Shown here: piece by piece, positions 13,701 to 28,240 of the stretch
Layout of the letters: each line of letters opens with the position of its first letter
How positions within the stretch are numbered: position 1 is the stretch's first letter
DNA from: Eledone cirrhosa
Taxonomy: Eukaryota
Length of the DNA: 64,000 nucleotides
Direction: 5' to 3'
Assembly: GCA_964016885.1 (NCBI GenBank)
Contig: OZ024761.1
Location: forward strand, 10,230,001-10,294,000
Made by a program: the position numbers and the translations under genes
The notes under the pieces: model-generated
What the model was told of the DNA's origin: nothing
Database searches by the model: none
The model's input: the letters and a program-made list of their open reading frames with translations, nothing else

Positions 13701-16700
13701 TCTCTTTAAATACTCTCAACGAGAAGCACTCTCCTTAAATACTCCCAACGAGAGCCACTCTTTAAATACTCCCAACGAGAGCCACTCTCTTTAAATACTC
13801 CCAACAAGAGCCACTCTCTTTAAATACTCCCAACGAGAGCCACTCTCTTTAAATACTCCCAGCGAGAGCCACTCTCTTTAAATACTCCCAACGAGAGCCA
13901 CTCTCTTTAAATATTTCCAACGAGAGCCACTCTCTTTAAATACTCCCAACAAGAGCCACTCTCTTTAAATACTCCCAACAAGAGCCACTCTCTTTAAATA
14001 CTCTCAACGAGAAGGACTCTCCTTAAATACTCCCAACGAGAGCCACTCTCTTTAAATACTCCCAACGAGAGCCACTCTCTTTAAATACTCCCAACAAGAG
14101 CCACTCTCTTTAAATACTCCCAACGAGAGCCACTCTCTTTAAATACTCCCAGCGAGAGCCACTCTCTTTAAATACTCCCAACGAGAGCCACTCTCTTTAA
14201 ATATTTCCAACGAGAGCCACTCTCTTTAAATACTCCCAACAAGAGCCACTCTCTTTAAATACTCCCAACAAGAGCCACTCTCTATAAATACTCTCAACAA
14301 GAACCACTCTCTTTAAATACTTCCAACGAGAGTCACTCTCATTAAATACTCCCAACGAGAGCCACTCTCTTTAAATACTCCCAACAAGAGCCACTCTCTT
14401 TAAATACTCCCAACAAGAGCCACTCTCTTTAAATACTCTCAACAAGAACCACTCTCTTTAAATACTTCCAACGAGAGTCACTCTCTTTAAATACTCCCAA
14501 CGAGAGCCACTCTCTTTAAATACTCCCAACAAGAGCCACTCTCATTAAATACTCCCAACGAGAGCCACTCTTTAATTACTCCCAACGAGAGCCACTCTCT
14601 TTAAATACTCCCAACAAGAGCCACTCTCTTTAAATACTCCCAACGAGAGCCACTCTCTTTAAATACTCCCAGCGAGAGCCACTCTCTTTAAATACTCCCA
14701 ACGAGAGCCACTCTCTTTAAATATTTCCAACGAGAGCCACTCTCTTTAAATACTCCCAACAAGAGCCACTCTCTTTAAATACTCTCAACGAGAGCCACTC
14801 TCTTTAATTACTCCCAACAAGAGCCACTCTCTTTAAATACTCCCAACGAGAGCCACTCTCTTTAAATACTCCCAGCGAGAGCCACTCTCTTTAAATACTC
14901 CCAACGAGAGCCACTCTCTTTAAATACTCCCAACGAGAGCCACTCTCTTTAAATACTCTCAACAAGAACCACTCTCATTAAATACTTCCAACGAGAGCCA
15001 CTCTCTTTAAATACTCCCAACGAGAGCCACTCTCTTTAAATACTCCCAACAAGAGCCACTCTCTTTAAATACTCCCAACGAGAGCCACTCTATTTAAATA
15101 CTCTCAACGAGAGCCACTCTCTTTAAATACTCCCAACGAGAGCCACTCTCTTTAAATACTCCCAACAAGAGCCACTCTCTTTAAATACTCTCAACAAGAA
15201 CCACTCTCTTTAAATACTTCCAACGAGAGTCACTCTCTTTAAATACTCCCAACGAGAGCCACTCTCTTTAAATACTCCCAACAAGAGCCACTCTCTTTAA
15301 ATACTCCCAACGAGCCACTCTCTTTAAATACTCTCAACAAGAACCACTCTCTTTAAATACTTCCAACGAGAGTCACTCTCTTTAAATACTCCCAACGAGA
15401 GCCACTCTCTTTAAATACTCCCAACAAGAGCCACTCTCTTTAAATACTCCCAACGAGAGCTACTCTCTTTAAATACTCCCAACGAGAGCCACTCTCTTTA
15501 AATACTCCCAACAAGAGCCACTCTCTTTAAATACTCCCAACGAGAGCCACTCTCTTTAAATACTCCCAGCGAGAGCCACTCTCTTTAAATACTCCCAACG
15601 AGAGCCACTCTCTTTAAATATTTCCAACGAGAGCCACTCTCTTTAAATACTCCCAACAAGAGCCACTCTCTTTAAATACTCTCAACGAGAGCCACTCTCT
15701 TTAATTACTCCCAACAAGAGCCACTCTCTTTAAATACTCCCAACGAGAGCCACTCTCTTTAAATACTCCCAACGAGAGCCACTCTCTTTAAATACTCCCA
15801 GCGAGAGCCACTCTCTTTAAATACTCCCAACGAGAGCCACTCTCTTTAAATATTTCCAACGAGAGCCACTCTCTTTAAATACTCCCAACAAGAGCCACTC
15901 TCTTTAAATACTCTCAACGAGAGCCACTCTCTTTAATTACTCCCAACAAGAGCCACTCTCTTTAAATACTCCCAACGAGAGCCACTCTCTTTAAATACTC
16001 CCAACAAGAGCCACTCTCTTTAAATACTCCCAACGAGAGCCACTCTCTTTAAATACTCCCAACGAGAGCCACTCTCTTTAAATACTCCCAACAAGAGCCA
16101 CTCTCTTTAAATACTCCCAACGAGAGCCACTCTCTTTAAATACTCCCAACGAGAGCCACTCTCTTTAAATACTCCCAACAAGAGCCACTCTCTTTAAATA
16201 CTCCCAACGAGAGCCACTCTCTTTAAATACTCTCAACAAGAGCCACTCTCTTTAAGTACTCCCAACAAGAGCCACTCTCTTTAAATACTCTCAACAAGAG
16301 CCACTCTCTTTAAATACTCTCAACAAGAGCCACTCTCTTTAAATACTCTCAACAAGAGCCACTCTCTTTAAATACTCCCAACAAGAGCCACTCTCTTTAA
16401 ATACTCTCAACAAGAGCCACTCTCTTTAAATATTTCCAACGAGAGCCACTCTCTTTAAATACTCCCAACGAGAGCCACTCTCTTTAAATACTCTCAACAA
16501 GAGCCACTCTCTTTAAATACTCCCAACGAGAGCCACTCTCTTTAAATACTCTCAACGAGAGTCACTCTCTTTAAATACTCTCAACAAGAGCCACTCTCTT
16601 TAAATACTCCCAACAAGAGCCACTCTCTTTAAATACTCCCAACAAGAGCCACTCTCTTTAAATACTCTCAACAAGAACAACTCTCTTTAAATACTTCCAA

Positions 16701-19700
16701 CGAGAGTCACTCTCTTTAAATACTCTCAACAAGAGCCACTCTCTTTAAATACTCCCAACAAGAGCCACTCTCTTTAAATACTCCCAACAAGAGCCACTCT
16801 CTTTAAATACTCTCAACAAGAACAACTCTCTTTAAATACTTCCAACGAGAGCCACTCTCTTTAAATACTCCCAACGAGAGCCACTCTCTTTAAATACTCC
16901 CAACAAGAGCCACTCTCTTTAAATACTCCCAACAAGAGCCACTCTCTTTAAATACTCCCAACGAGAGCCACTCTCTTTAAATACTCCCAACGACAGGCAC
17001 TCTCTTTAAATACTCCCAACAAGAGCCACTCTCTTTAAATACTCTCAACAAGAACCACTCTCTTTAAATACTTCCAACGAGAGTCACTCTCTTTAAATAC
17101 TCCCAACGAGAGCCACTCTCTTTAAATACTCCCAACAAGAGCCACTCTCTTTAAATACTCCCAACGAGCCACTCTCTTTAAATACTCTCAACAAGAACCA
17201 CTCTCTTTAAATACTTCCAACGAGAGTCACTCTCTTTAAATACTCCCAACGTGAGCCACTCTCTTTAAATACTCCCAACAAGAGCCACTCTCTTTAAATA
17301 CTCCCAACGAGAGCTACTCTCTTTAAATACTCCCAACGAGAGCCACTCTCTTTAAATACTCCCAACAAGAGCCACTCTCTTTAAATACTCCCAACGAGAG
17401 CCACTCTCTTTAAATACTCCCAGCGAGAGCCACTCTCTTTAAATACTCCCAACGAGAGCCACTCTCTTTAAATATTTCCAACGAGAGCCACTCTCTTTAA
17501 ATACTCCCAACAAGAGCCACTCTCTTTAAATACTCTCAACGAGAGCCACTCTCTTTAATTACTCCCAACAAGAGCCACTCTCTTTAAATACTCCCAACGA
17601 GAGCCACTCTCTTTAAATACTCCCAACAAGAGCCACTCTCTTTAAATACTCCCAACGAGAGCCACTCTCTTTAAATACTCCCAACGAGAGCCACTTTCTT
17701 TAAATACTCCCAACAAGAGCCACTCTCTTTAAATACTCCCAACGAGAGCCACTCTCTTTAAATACTCCCAACGAGAGCCACTCTCTTTAAATACTCCCAA
17801 CAAGAGCCACTCTCTTTAAATACTCCCAACGAGAGCCAGTCTCTTTAAATACTCTCAACAAGAGCCACTCTCTTTAAATACTCCCAACAAGAGCCACTCT
17901 CTTTAAATACTCTCAACAAGAGCCACTCTCTTTAAATACTCTCAACAAGAGCCACTCTCTTTAAATACTCTCAACAAGAGCCACTCTCTTTAAATACTCC
18001 CAACAAGAGCCACTCTCTTTAAATACTCTCAACAAGAGCCACTCTCTTTAAATATTTCCAACGAGAGCCACTCTCTTTAAATACTCCCAACGAGAGCCAC
18101 TCTCTTTAAATACTCTCAACAAGAGCCACTCTCTTTAAATACTCCCAACGAGAGCCACTCTCTTTAAATACTCTCAACGAGAGTCACTCTCTTTAAATAC
18201 TCTCAACAAGAGCCACTCTCTTTAAATACTCCCAACAAGAGCCACTCTCTTTAAATACTCCCAACAAGAGCCACTCTCTTTAAATACTCTCAACAAGAAC
18301 AACTCTCTTTAAATACTTCCAACGAGAGTCACTCTCTTTAAATACTCCCAACGAGAGCCACTCTCTTTAAATACTCTCAACGAGAAGCACTCTCCTTAAA
18401 TACTCCCAACGAGAGCCACTCTTTAAATACTCCCAACGAGAGCCACTCTCTTTAAATACTCCCAACAAGAGCCACTCTCTTTAAATACTCCCAACGAGAG
18501 CCACTCTCTTTAAATACTCCCAGCGAGAGCCACTCTCTTTAAATACTCCCAACGAGAGCCACTCTCTTTAAATATTTCCAACGAGAGCCACTCTCTTTAA
18601 ATACTCCCAACAAGAGCCACTCTCTTTAAATACTCCCAACAAGAGCCACTCTCTTTAAATACTCTCAACGAGAAGGACTCTCCTTAAATACTCCCAACGA
18701 GAGCCACTCTCTTTAAATACTCCCAACGAGAGCCACTCTCTTTAAATACTCCCAACAAGAGCCACTCTCTTTAAATACTCCCAACGAGAGCCACTCTCTT
18801 TAAATACTCCCAGCGAGAGCCACTCTCTTTAAATACTCCCAACGAGAGCCACTCTCTTTAAATATTTCCAACGAGAGCCACTCTCTTTAAATACTCCCAA
18901 CAAGAGCCACTCTCTTTAAATACTCCCAACAAGAGCCACTCTCTATAAATACTCTCAACAAGAACCACTCTCTTTAAATACTTCCAACGAGAGTCACTCT
19001 CATTAAATACTCCCAACGAGAGCCACTCTCTTTAAATACTCCCAACAAGAGCCACTCTCTTTAAATACTCCCAACAAGAGCCACTCTCTTTAAATACTCT
19101 CAACAAGAACCACTCTCTTTAAATACTTCCAACGAGAGTCACTCTCTTTAAATACTCCCAACGAGAGCCACTCTCTTTAAATACTCCCAACAAGAGCCAC
19201 TCTCTTTAAATACTCCCAACGAGAGCCACTCTTTAATTACTCCCAACGAGAGCCACTCTCTTTAAATACTCCCAACAAGAGCCACTCTCTTTAAATACTC
19301 CCAACGAGAGCCACTCTCTTTAAATACTCCCAGCGAGAGCCACTCTCTTTAAATACTCCCACCGAGAGCCACTCTCTTTAAATATTTCCAACGAGAGCCA
19401 CTCTCTTTAAATACTCCCAACAAGAGCCACTCTCTTTAAATACTCTCAACGAGAGCCACTCTCTTTAATTACTCCCAACAAGAGCCACTCTCTTTAAATA
19501 CTCCCAACGAGAGCCACTCTCTTTAAATACTCCCAGCGAGAGCCACTCTCTTTAAATACTCCCAACGAGAGCCACTCTCTTTAAATACTCCCAACGAGAG
19601 CCACTCTCTTTAAATACTCTCAACAAGAACCACTCTCATTAAATACTTCCAACGAGAGCCACTCTCTTTAAATACTCCCAACGAGAGCCACTCTCTTTAA

Positions 19701-22700
19701 ATACTCCCAACAAGAGCCACTCTCTTTAAATACTCCCAACGAGAGCCACTCTATTTAAATACTCTCAACGAGAGCCACTCTCTTTAAATACTCCCAACGA
19801 GAGCCACTCTCTTTAAATACTCCCAACAAGAGCCACTCTCTTTAAATACTCTCAACAAGAACCACTCTCTTTAAATACTTCCAACGAGAGTCACTCTCTT
19901 TAAATACTCCCAACGAGAGCCACTCTCTTTAAATACTCCCAACAAGAGCCACTCTCTTTAAATACTCCCAACGAGCCACTCTCTTTAAATACTCTCAACA
20001 AGAACCACTCTCTTTAAATACTTCCAACGAGAGTCACTCTCTTTAAATACTCCCAACGAGAGCCACTCTCTTTAAATACTCCCAACAAGAGCCACTCTCT
20101 TTAAATACTCCCAACGAGAGCTACTCTCTTTAAATACTCCCAACGAGAGCCACTCTCTTTAAATACTCCCAACAAGAGCCACTCTCTTTAAATACTCCCA
20201 ACGAGAGCCACTCTCTTTAAATACTCCCAGCGAGAGCCACTCTCTTTAAATACTCCCAACGAGAGCCACTCTCTTTAAATATTTCCAACGAGAGCCACTC
20301 TCTTTAAATACTCCCAACAAGAGCCACTCTCTTTAAATACTCTCAACGAGAGCCACTCTCTTTAATTACTCCCAACAAGAGCCACTCTCTTTAAATACTC
20401 CCAACGAGAGCCACTCTCTTTAAATACTCCCAACAAGAGCCACTCTCTTTAAATACTCCCAAACGAGAGCCACTCTCTTTAAATACTCCCAACGAGAGCC
20501 ACTCTCTTTAAATACTCCCAACAAGAGCCACTCTCTTTAAATACTCCCAACGAGAGCCACTCTCTTTAAATACTCCCAACGAGAGCCACTCTCTTTAAAT
20601 ACTCCCAACAAGAGCCATTCTCTTTAAATACTCCCAACGAGAGCCACTCTCTTTAAATACTCTCAACAAGAGCCACTCTCTTTAAACACTCCCAACAAGA
20701 GCCACTCTCTTTAAATACTCTCAACAAGAGCCACTCTCTTTAAATACTCTCAACAAGAGCCACTCTCTTTAAATACTCTCAACAAGAGCCACTCTTTAAA
20801 TACTCCCAACAAGAGCCACTCTCTTTAAATACTCTCAACAAGAGCCACTCTCTTTAAATATTTCCAACGAGAGCCACTCTCTTTAAATACTCCCAACGAG
20901 AGCCACTCTCTTTAAATACTCTCAACAAGAGCCACTCTCTTTAAATACTCCCAACGAGAGCCACTCTCTTTAAATACTCTCAACGAGAGTCACTCTCTTT
21001 AAATACTCTCAACAAGAGCCACTCTCTTTAAATATTCCCAACAAGAGCCACTCTCTTTAAATACTCCCAACAAGAGCCACTCTCTTTAAATACTCTCAAC
21101 AAGAACAACTCTCTTTAAATACTTCCAACGAGAGTCACTCTCTTTAAATACTCCCAACGAGAGCCACTCTCTTTAAATACTCTCAACGAGAAGCACTCTC
21201 CTTAAATACTCCCAACGAGAGCCACTCTCTTTAAATACTCCCAACGAGAGCCACTCTCTTTAAATACTCCCAACGAGAGCCACTCTCTTTAAATACTCCC
21301 AACGAGAGCCACTCTCTTTAAATACTCCCAACGAGAGCCACTCTCTTTAAATACTCCCAACGAGAGCCACTCTCTTTAAATACTCCCAACGGACGAGAGC
21401 CACTCTCTTTAAATACTCCCAACGAGAGCCACTCTCTTTAAATACTCTCAACAAGAGCCACTCTCTTTAAATACTCCCAACAAGAGTCACTCTCTTTAAA
21501 TACTCCCAACAAGAGCCACTCTCTTTAAATACTCCCAACGAGAGCCACTCTCTTTAAATACTCTCAACCAGAGCCACTCTATTTAAATACTCCCAACGAG
21601 AGCCACTCTCTTTAAATACTCCCAACAAGAGCCACTCTCTTTAAATACTCCCAACAAGAGCCACTCTCTTTAAATACTCTCAACAAGAACCACTCTCTTT
21701 AAATACTTCCAACGAGAGTAACTCTCTTTAAATACTCCCAACGAGAGCCACTCTCTTTAAATACTCCCAACAAGAGCCACTCTCTTTAAATACTCCCAAC
21801 GAGAGCCACTCTCTTTAAATACTCCCAACGAGAGCCACTCTCTTTAAATACTCCCAACAAGAGCCACTCTCTTTAAATACTCCCAACGAGAGCCACTCTC
21901 TTTAAATACTCCCAGCGAGAGCCACTCTCTTTAAATACTCCCAACGAGAGCCACTCTCTTTAAATATTTCCAACGAGAGCCACTCTCTTTAAATACTCCC
22001 AACAAGAGCCACTCTCTTTAAATACTCTCAACGAGAGCCACTCTCTTTAATTACTCCCAACAAGAGCCACTCTCTTTAAATACTCTCAACGAGAGCCACT
22101 CTCTTTAAATACTCCCAACAAGAGCCACTCTCTTTAAATACTCCCAACGAGAGCCACTCTCTTTAAATACTCCCAACGAGAGCCACTCTCTTTAAATACT
22201 CCCAACAAGAGCCACTCTCTTTAAATACTCCCAACGAGAGCCACTCTCTTTAAATACTCCCAACGAGAGCCACTCTCTTTAAATACTCCCAACAAGAGCC
22301 ACTCTCTTTAAATACTCCCAACAACAGCCACTCTCTTTAAATATTTCCAACGAGAGCCACTCTCTTTAAATACTCCCAACGAGAGCCACTCTCTTTAAAT
22401 ACTCTCAACAAGAGCCACTCTCGTTAAATACTCCCAACGAGAGCCACTCTCTTTAAATACTCTCAACGAGAGTCACTCTCTTTAAATACTCTCAACAAGA
22501 GCCACTCTCTTTAAATACTCCCAACAAGAGCCACTCTCTTTAAATACTCCCAACAAGAGCCACTCTCTTTAAATACTCTCAACAAGAACCACTCTCTTTA
22601 AATACTCCCAACGAGAGCCACTCTCTTTAAATACTCCCAACGAGAGCCACTCTCTTTAAATACTCCCAACGAGAGCCACTCTCTTTAAATACTCCCAACG

Positions 22701-22970
22701 AGAGCCACTCTCTTTAAATACTCCCAACGAGAGCCACTCTCTTTAAATACTTCCAACGAGAGCCACTCTCTTTAAATACTCTCAACAAGAGCCACTCTCT
22801 TTAAATACTCCCAACAAGAGCCACTCTCTTTAAATACTCCCAACGAGAGCCACTCTCTTTAAATACTCTCAACGAGAGCCACTCTCTTTAAATACTCTCA
22901 ACAAGAGCCACTCTCTTTAAATACTCCCAACAAGAGCCACTCTCTTTAAATACTCCCAACAAGAGCCACT
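3800..22970. repeat. About 9.5-9.7 kb tandem duplication within the satellite (about 3.8-13.3 kb vs 13.3-23.0 kb)
   Basis: An offset of 9673 is shared by AAGTACT 6581/16254, CAGGC 7321/16994, GAAGGACT 8999/18672, CCCAAAC 10781/20454, the GGAC insertion 11718/21391 and CTCGTT 12749/22422. The offset is 9470 for 4541/14011. Confidence 0.85.
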
Positions 22971-25900
22971 CTCTTTAAATACTCCCAACGAGAGCCACTC
23001 TCTTTAAATACTCTCAACGAGTGCCACTCTCTTTAAATACTCCCAACGAGAGCCACTATCTTTAAATACTCCCAACAAGAGCCACTCTATTTAAATACTC
23101 TCAACAAGAACCACTCTCTTTAAATACTTCCAACGAGAGTCACTCTCTTTAAATACTCCCAACGAGAGCCACTCTCTTTAAATACTCCCAACAAGAGCCA
23201 CTCTCTTTAAATACTCCCAACAAGAGCCACTCTCTTTAAATACTCCCAACAAGAGCCACTCTCTTTAAATAAACGAGAGCCACTCTCATTAAATACTCCC
23301 AACAAGAGCCACTCTCTTTAAATACTCTCAATGAGAGCCACTCTCTTTAAATACTTCCAACAAAAGCCACTCTCTTTAAATACTCCCAACAAGAGCCACT
23401 CTCTTTAAATACTCCCAACAAGAGCCACTCTCTTTAAATACTCCCAACAAGAGCCATTCTCTTTAAATACTCCCAACAAGAACCACTCTCTTTAAATAAA
23501 CGAGAGCCACTCTCTTTAAATACTCCCAACAAGAGCCACTCTCTTTAAATACTCTCAATGAGAGCCACTCTCTTTAAATACTCCCAACAAGAGCCACTCT
23601 CTTTAAATACTCCCAACAAGAGCCACTCTCTTTAAATACTCCCAACAAGAGCCACTCTCTTTAAATACTCCCAACCAGATCCACTCTCTTTAAATACTCC
23701 CAACGAGAGCCACTCTCTTTAAATACTCCCAACAAGAGCCACTCTCTTTAAATACTCTCAATGAGAGCCACTCTCTTTAAATACTCCCAACAAGAGCCAC
23801 TCTCTTTAAATACTCCCAACAAGAGCCACTCTCTTTAAATACTCCCAACAAGAGCCACTCTCTTTAAATACTCCCAACAAGAGCCACTCTCTTTAAATAC
23901 TCTCAACAAGAGCCACTCTCTATAAATACTCCCAACAAGAGCCACTCTCTTTAAATACTCCCAACAAGAGCCACTCTCTTTAAATACTCCCAACAAGAGC
24001 CACTCTCTTTAAATACTCTCAACAAGAACCACTCTCTTTAAATACTTCCAACGAGAGTCACTCTCATTAAATACTCCCAACGAGAGCCACTCTCTTTAAA
24101 TACTCCCAACAAGAGCCACTCTCTTTAAATACTCCCAACAAGAGCCACTCTCTTTAAATACTCTCAACAAGAACCACTCTCTTTAAATACTCCCAACGAG
24201 AGCCACTCTCTTTAAATACTCCCAACGAGAGCCACTCTCTTTAAATACTCTCAACGAGAGCCACTCCCTTTAAATACTCTCAACAAGAGCCACTCTCTTT
24301 AAATACTCCCAACAAGAGCCACTCTCTTTAAATACTCCCAACAAGAGCCACTCTCTTTAAATACTCCCAACAAGAGCCACTCTCTTTAAATACTCTCAAC
24401 GAGAGCCACTCTCTTTAAATACTCTCAACAAGAGCCACTCTCTTTAAATACTCCCAACAAGAGCCACTCTCTTTAAATACTCCCAACGAGAGCCACTCTC
24501 TTTAAATACTCCCAACGAGAGCCACTCTCTTTAAATACTCCCAACGAGAGCCACACTCTTTAAATACTCCCAACAAGAGCCACTCTCTTTAAATACTCTC
24601 AACAAGAACCACTCTCTTTAAATACTTCCAACGAGAGTCACTCTCTTTAAATACTCCCAACAAGAGCCACTCTCTTTAAATACTCTCAACAAGAACCACT
24701 CTCTTTAAATACTTCCAACGAGAGCCACTCTCTTTAAATACTCCCAACGAGAGCCACTCTCTTTAAATACTCTCAACGAGAGTCACTCTCTTTAAATACT
24801 CTCAACAAGAGCCACTCTCTTTAAATACTCCCAACAAGAGCCACTCTCTTTAAATACTCCCAACAAGAGCCACTCTCTTTAAATACTCCCAACGAGAACC
24901 ACTCTCTTTAAATACTTCCAACGAGAGTCACTCTCTTTAAATACTCCCAACGAGAGCCACTCTCTTTAAATACTCCCAACAAGAGCCAGTCTCTTTAAAT
25001 ACTCCCAACAAGAGCCACTCTCTTTAAATACTCTCAACGAGAGCCACTCTCTTTAAATACTCCCAACAAGAGCCAATCTCTTTAAATACTCCCAACGAGA
25101 GCCACTCTCTTTAAATACTCCCAACGAGAGCCACTCTCTTTAAATACTCCCAACGAGAGCCACTCTCTGTAAATACTCCCAACAAGAGCCACTCTCTTTA
25201 AATACTCTCAACAAGAACCACTCTCTTTAAATAATTCCAACGAGAGTCACTCTCTTTAAATACTCCCAACGAGAGCCACTCTCTTTAAATACTCTCAACG
25301 AGAGCCACTCTCTTTAAATACTCCCAACAAGAGCCACTCTCTTTAAATACTCCCAACGAGAGCTACTCTCTTTAAATACTCCCAACAAGAGCCACTCTCT
25401 TTAAATACTCCCAACGAGACCCACTCTCTTTAAATACTCCCAACGAGAGCCACTTTCTTTAAATACTCCCAACAAGAGCCACTCTCTTTAAATACTCCCA
25501 ACAAGAGCCACTCTCTTTAAATACTTCCAACGAGAGTCACTCTCTTTAAATACTCTCAACGAGAGCCACTCTCTTTAAATACTCCCAACAAGAGCCACTC
25601 TCTTTAAATACTCCCAACGAGAGCCACTCTCTTTAAATACTCCCAACGAGAGCCACTCTCTTTAAATACTCCCAACAAGAGCCACTCTCTTTAAATACTC
25701 CCAACAAGAGCCACTCTCTTTAAATACTCCCAACAAGAACCACTCTCTTTAAATACTTCCAACGAGAGTCACTCTCTTTAAATACTCTCAACGAGAGTCA
25801 CTCTCTTTAAATACTCCCAACAAGAGCCACTCTCTTTAAATACTCCCAACAAGAGCCACTCTCTTTAAATACTCTCAACAAGAACCACTCTCTTTAAATA

Positions 25901-28240
25901 CTTCCAACGAGAGTCACTCTCTTTAAATACTTCCAACGAGAGCCACTCTCTTTAAATACTCCCAACGAGAGCCACTCTCTTTAAATACTCCCAACGAGAG
26001 CCACTCTCTTTAAATACTCCCAACGAGAGCCACTCTCTTTAAATACTCCCAACGAGAGCCACTCTCTTTAAATACTCCCAACGAGAGCCACTCTCTTTAA
26101 ATACTCCCAACAAGAGCCACTCTCTTTAAATACTCCCAACGAGAGCCACTCTTTTTAAATACTCTCAACAAGAGCCACTCTCTTTAAATACTCCCAACAA
26201 GAGCCACTCTCTTTAAATACTCCCAACGAGAGCCACTCTCTTTAAATACTCTCAACGAGAGCCACTCTCTTTAAATACTCCCAACGGGAGCCACTCTCTT
26301 TAAATACTCCCAACGAGAGCCACTCTTTTTAAATACTCTCAACAAGAGCCACTCTCTTTAAATACTCCCAACGAGAGCCACTCTCTTTAAATACTCCCAA
26401 CGAGAGCCACTCTCTTTAAATACTCTCAACGAGAGCCACTCTCTTTAAATACTCTCAACAAGAGCCACTCTCTTTAAATACTCCCAACAAGAGCCACTCT
26501 CTTTAAATACTCCCAACAAGAGCCACTCTCTTTAAATACTCCCAACAAGAGCCACTCTCTTTAAATACTCTCAACGAGAGCCACTCTCTTTAAATACTCT
26601 CAACAAGAGCCACTCTCTTTAAATACTCCCAACAAGAGCCACTCTCTTTAAATACTCCCAACGAGAGCCACTCTCTTTAAATACTCCCAACGAGAGCCAC
26701 TCTCTTTAAATACTCCCAACGAGAGCCACTCTCTTTAAATACTCCCAACGAGAGCCACTCTCTTTAAATACTCTCAACAAGAACCCCTCTCTTTAAATAC
26801 TTCCAACGAGAGTCACTCTCTTTAAATACTTCCAACGAGAGTCACTCTCTTTAAATACTCTCAACGAGAGCCACTCTCTTTAAATACTCCCAACAAGAGC
26901 CACTCTCTTTAAATACTCCCAACGAGAGCCACTCTCTTTAAATACTCCCAACGAGAGCCACTCTCTTTAAATACTCCCAGCAAGAGCCACTCTCTTTAAA
27001 TACTCCCAACAAGAGCCACTCTCTTTAAATACTCCCAACAAGAACCACTCTCTTTAAATACTTTCAACGAGAGTCACTCTCTTTAAATACTCTTAACGAG
27101 AGTCACTCTATTTAAATACTCCGAACAAGAGCCACTCTCTTTAAATACTCTCAACAAGAACCACTCTCTTTAAATACTTCCAACGAGAGTCACTCTCTTT
27201 AAATACTCCCAACGAGAGCCACTCTCTTTAAATACTCTCAACGAGAAGCACTCTCCTTAAATACTCCCAAGGAGAGCCACTCTCTTTAAATACTCCCAAC
27301 GAGAGCCACTCTCTTTAAATACTCCCAACGAGAGCCACTCTCTTTAAATACTCCCAACGAGAGCCACTCTCTTTAAATACTCCCAACGAGAGCCACTCTC
27401 TTTAAATACTCCCAACGAGAGCCACTCTCTTTAAATACTCTCAACAAGAGCCACTCTCTTTAAATACTCCCAACAAGAGCCACTCTCTTTAAATACTCCC
27501 AACGAGAGCCACTCTCTTTAAATACTCCCAACAAGAGCCACTCTCTTTAAATACTCCCAACAAGAGCCACTCTCTTTAAATATTCCCAACAAGAGCCACT
27601 CTCTTTAAATAAACGAGAGCCACTCTCTTTAAATACTCTCAATGAGAGCCACTCTCTTTAAATACTCCCAACAAGAGCCACTCTCTTTAAATACTCCCAA
27701 CAAGAGCCACTCTCTTTAAATACTCCCAACAAGAGCCACTCTCTTTAAATACTCCCAACAAGAGCCATTCTCTTTAAATACTCCCAACAAGAGCCACTCT
27801 CTTTAAATAAACGAGAGCCACTCTCTTTAAATACTCCCAACAAGAGCCACTCTCTTTAAATACTCTCAATGAGAGCCACTCTCTTTAAATACTCCCAACA
27901 AGAGCCACTCTCTTTAAATACTCCCAACAAGAGCCACTTTCTTTAAATACTCCCAACAAGAGCCACTCTCTTTAAATACTCCCAACCAGAGCCACTCTCT
28001 TTAAATACTCCCAACGAGAGACACTCTCTTTAAATACTCCCAACAAGAGCCACTCTCTTTAAATACTCTCAATGAGAGCCACTCTCTTTAAATACTCCCA
28101 ACAAGAGCCACTCTCTTTAAATACTCCCAACAAGAGCCACTCTCTTTAAATACTCCCAACAAGAGCCACTCTCTTTAAATACTCCCAACAAGAGCCACTC
28201 TCTTTAAATACTCCCAACAAGAGCCACTCTCTTTAAATAC

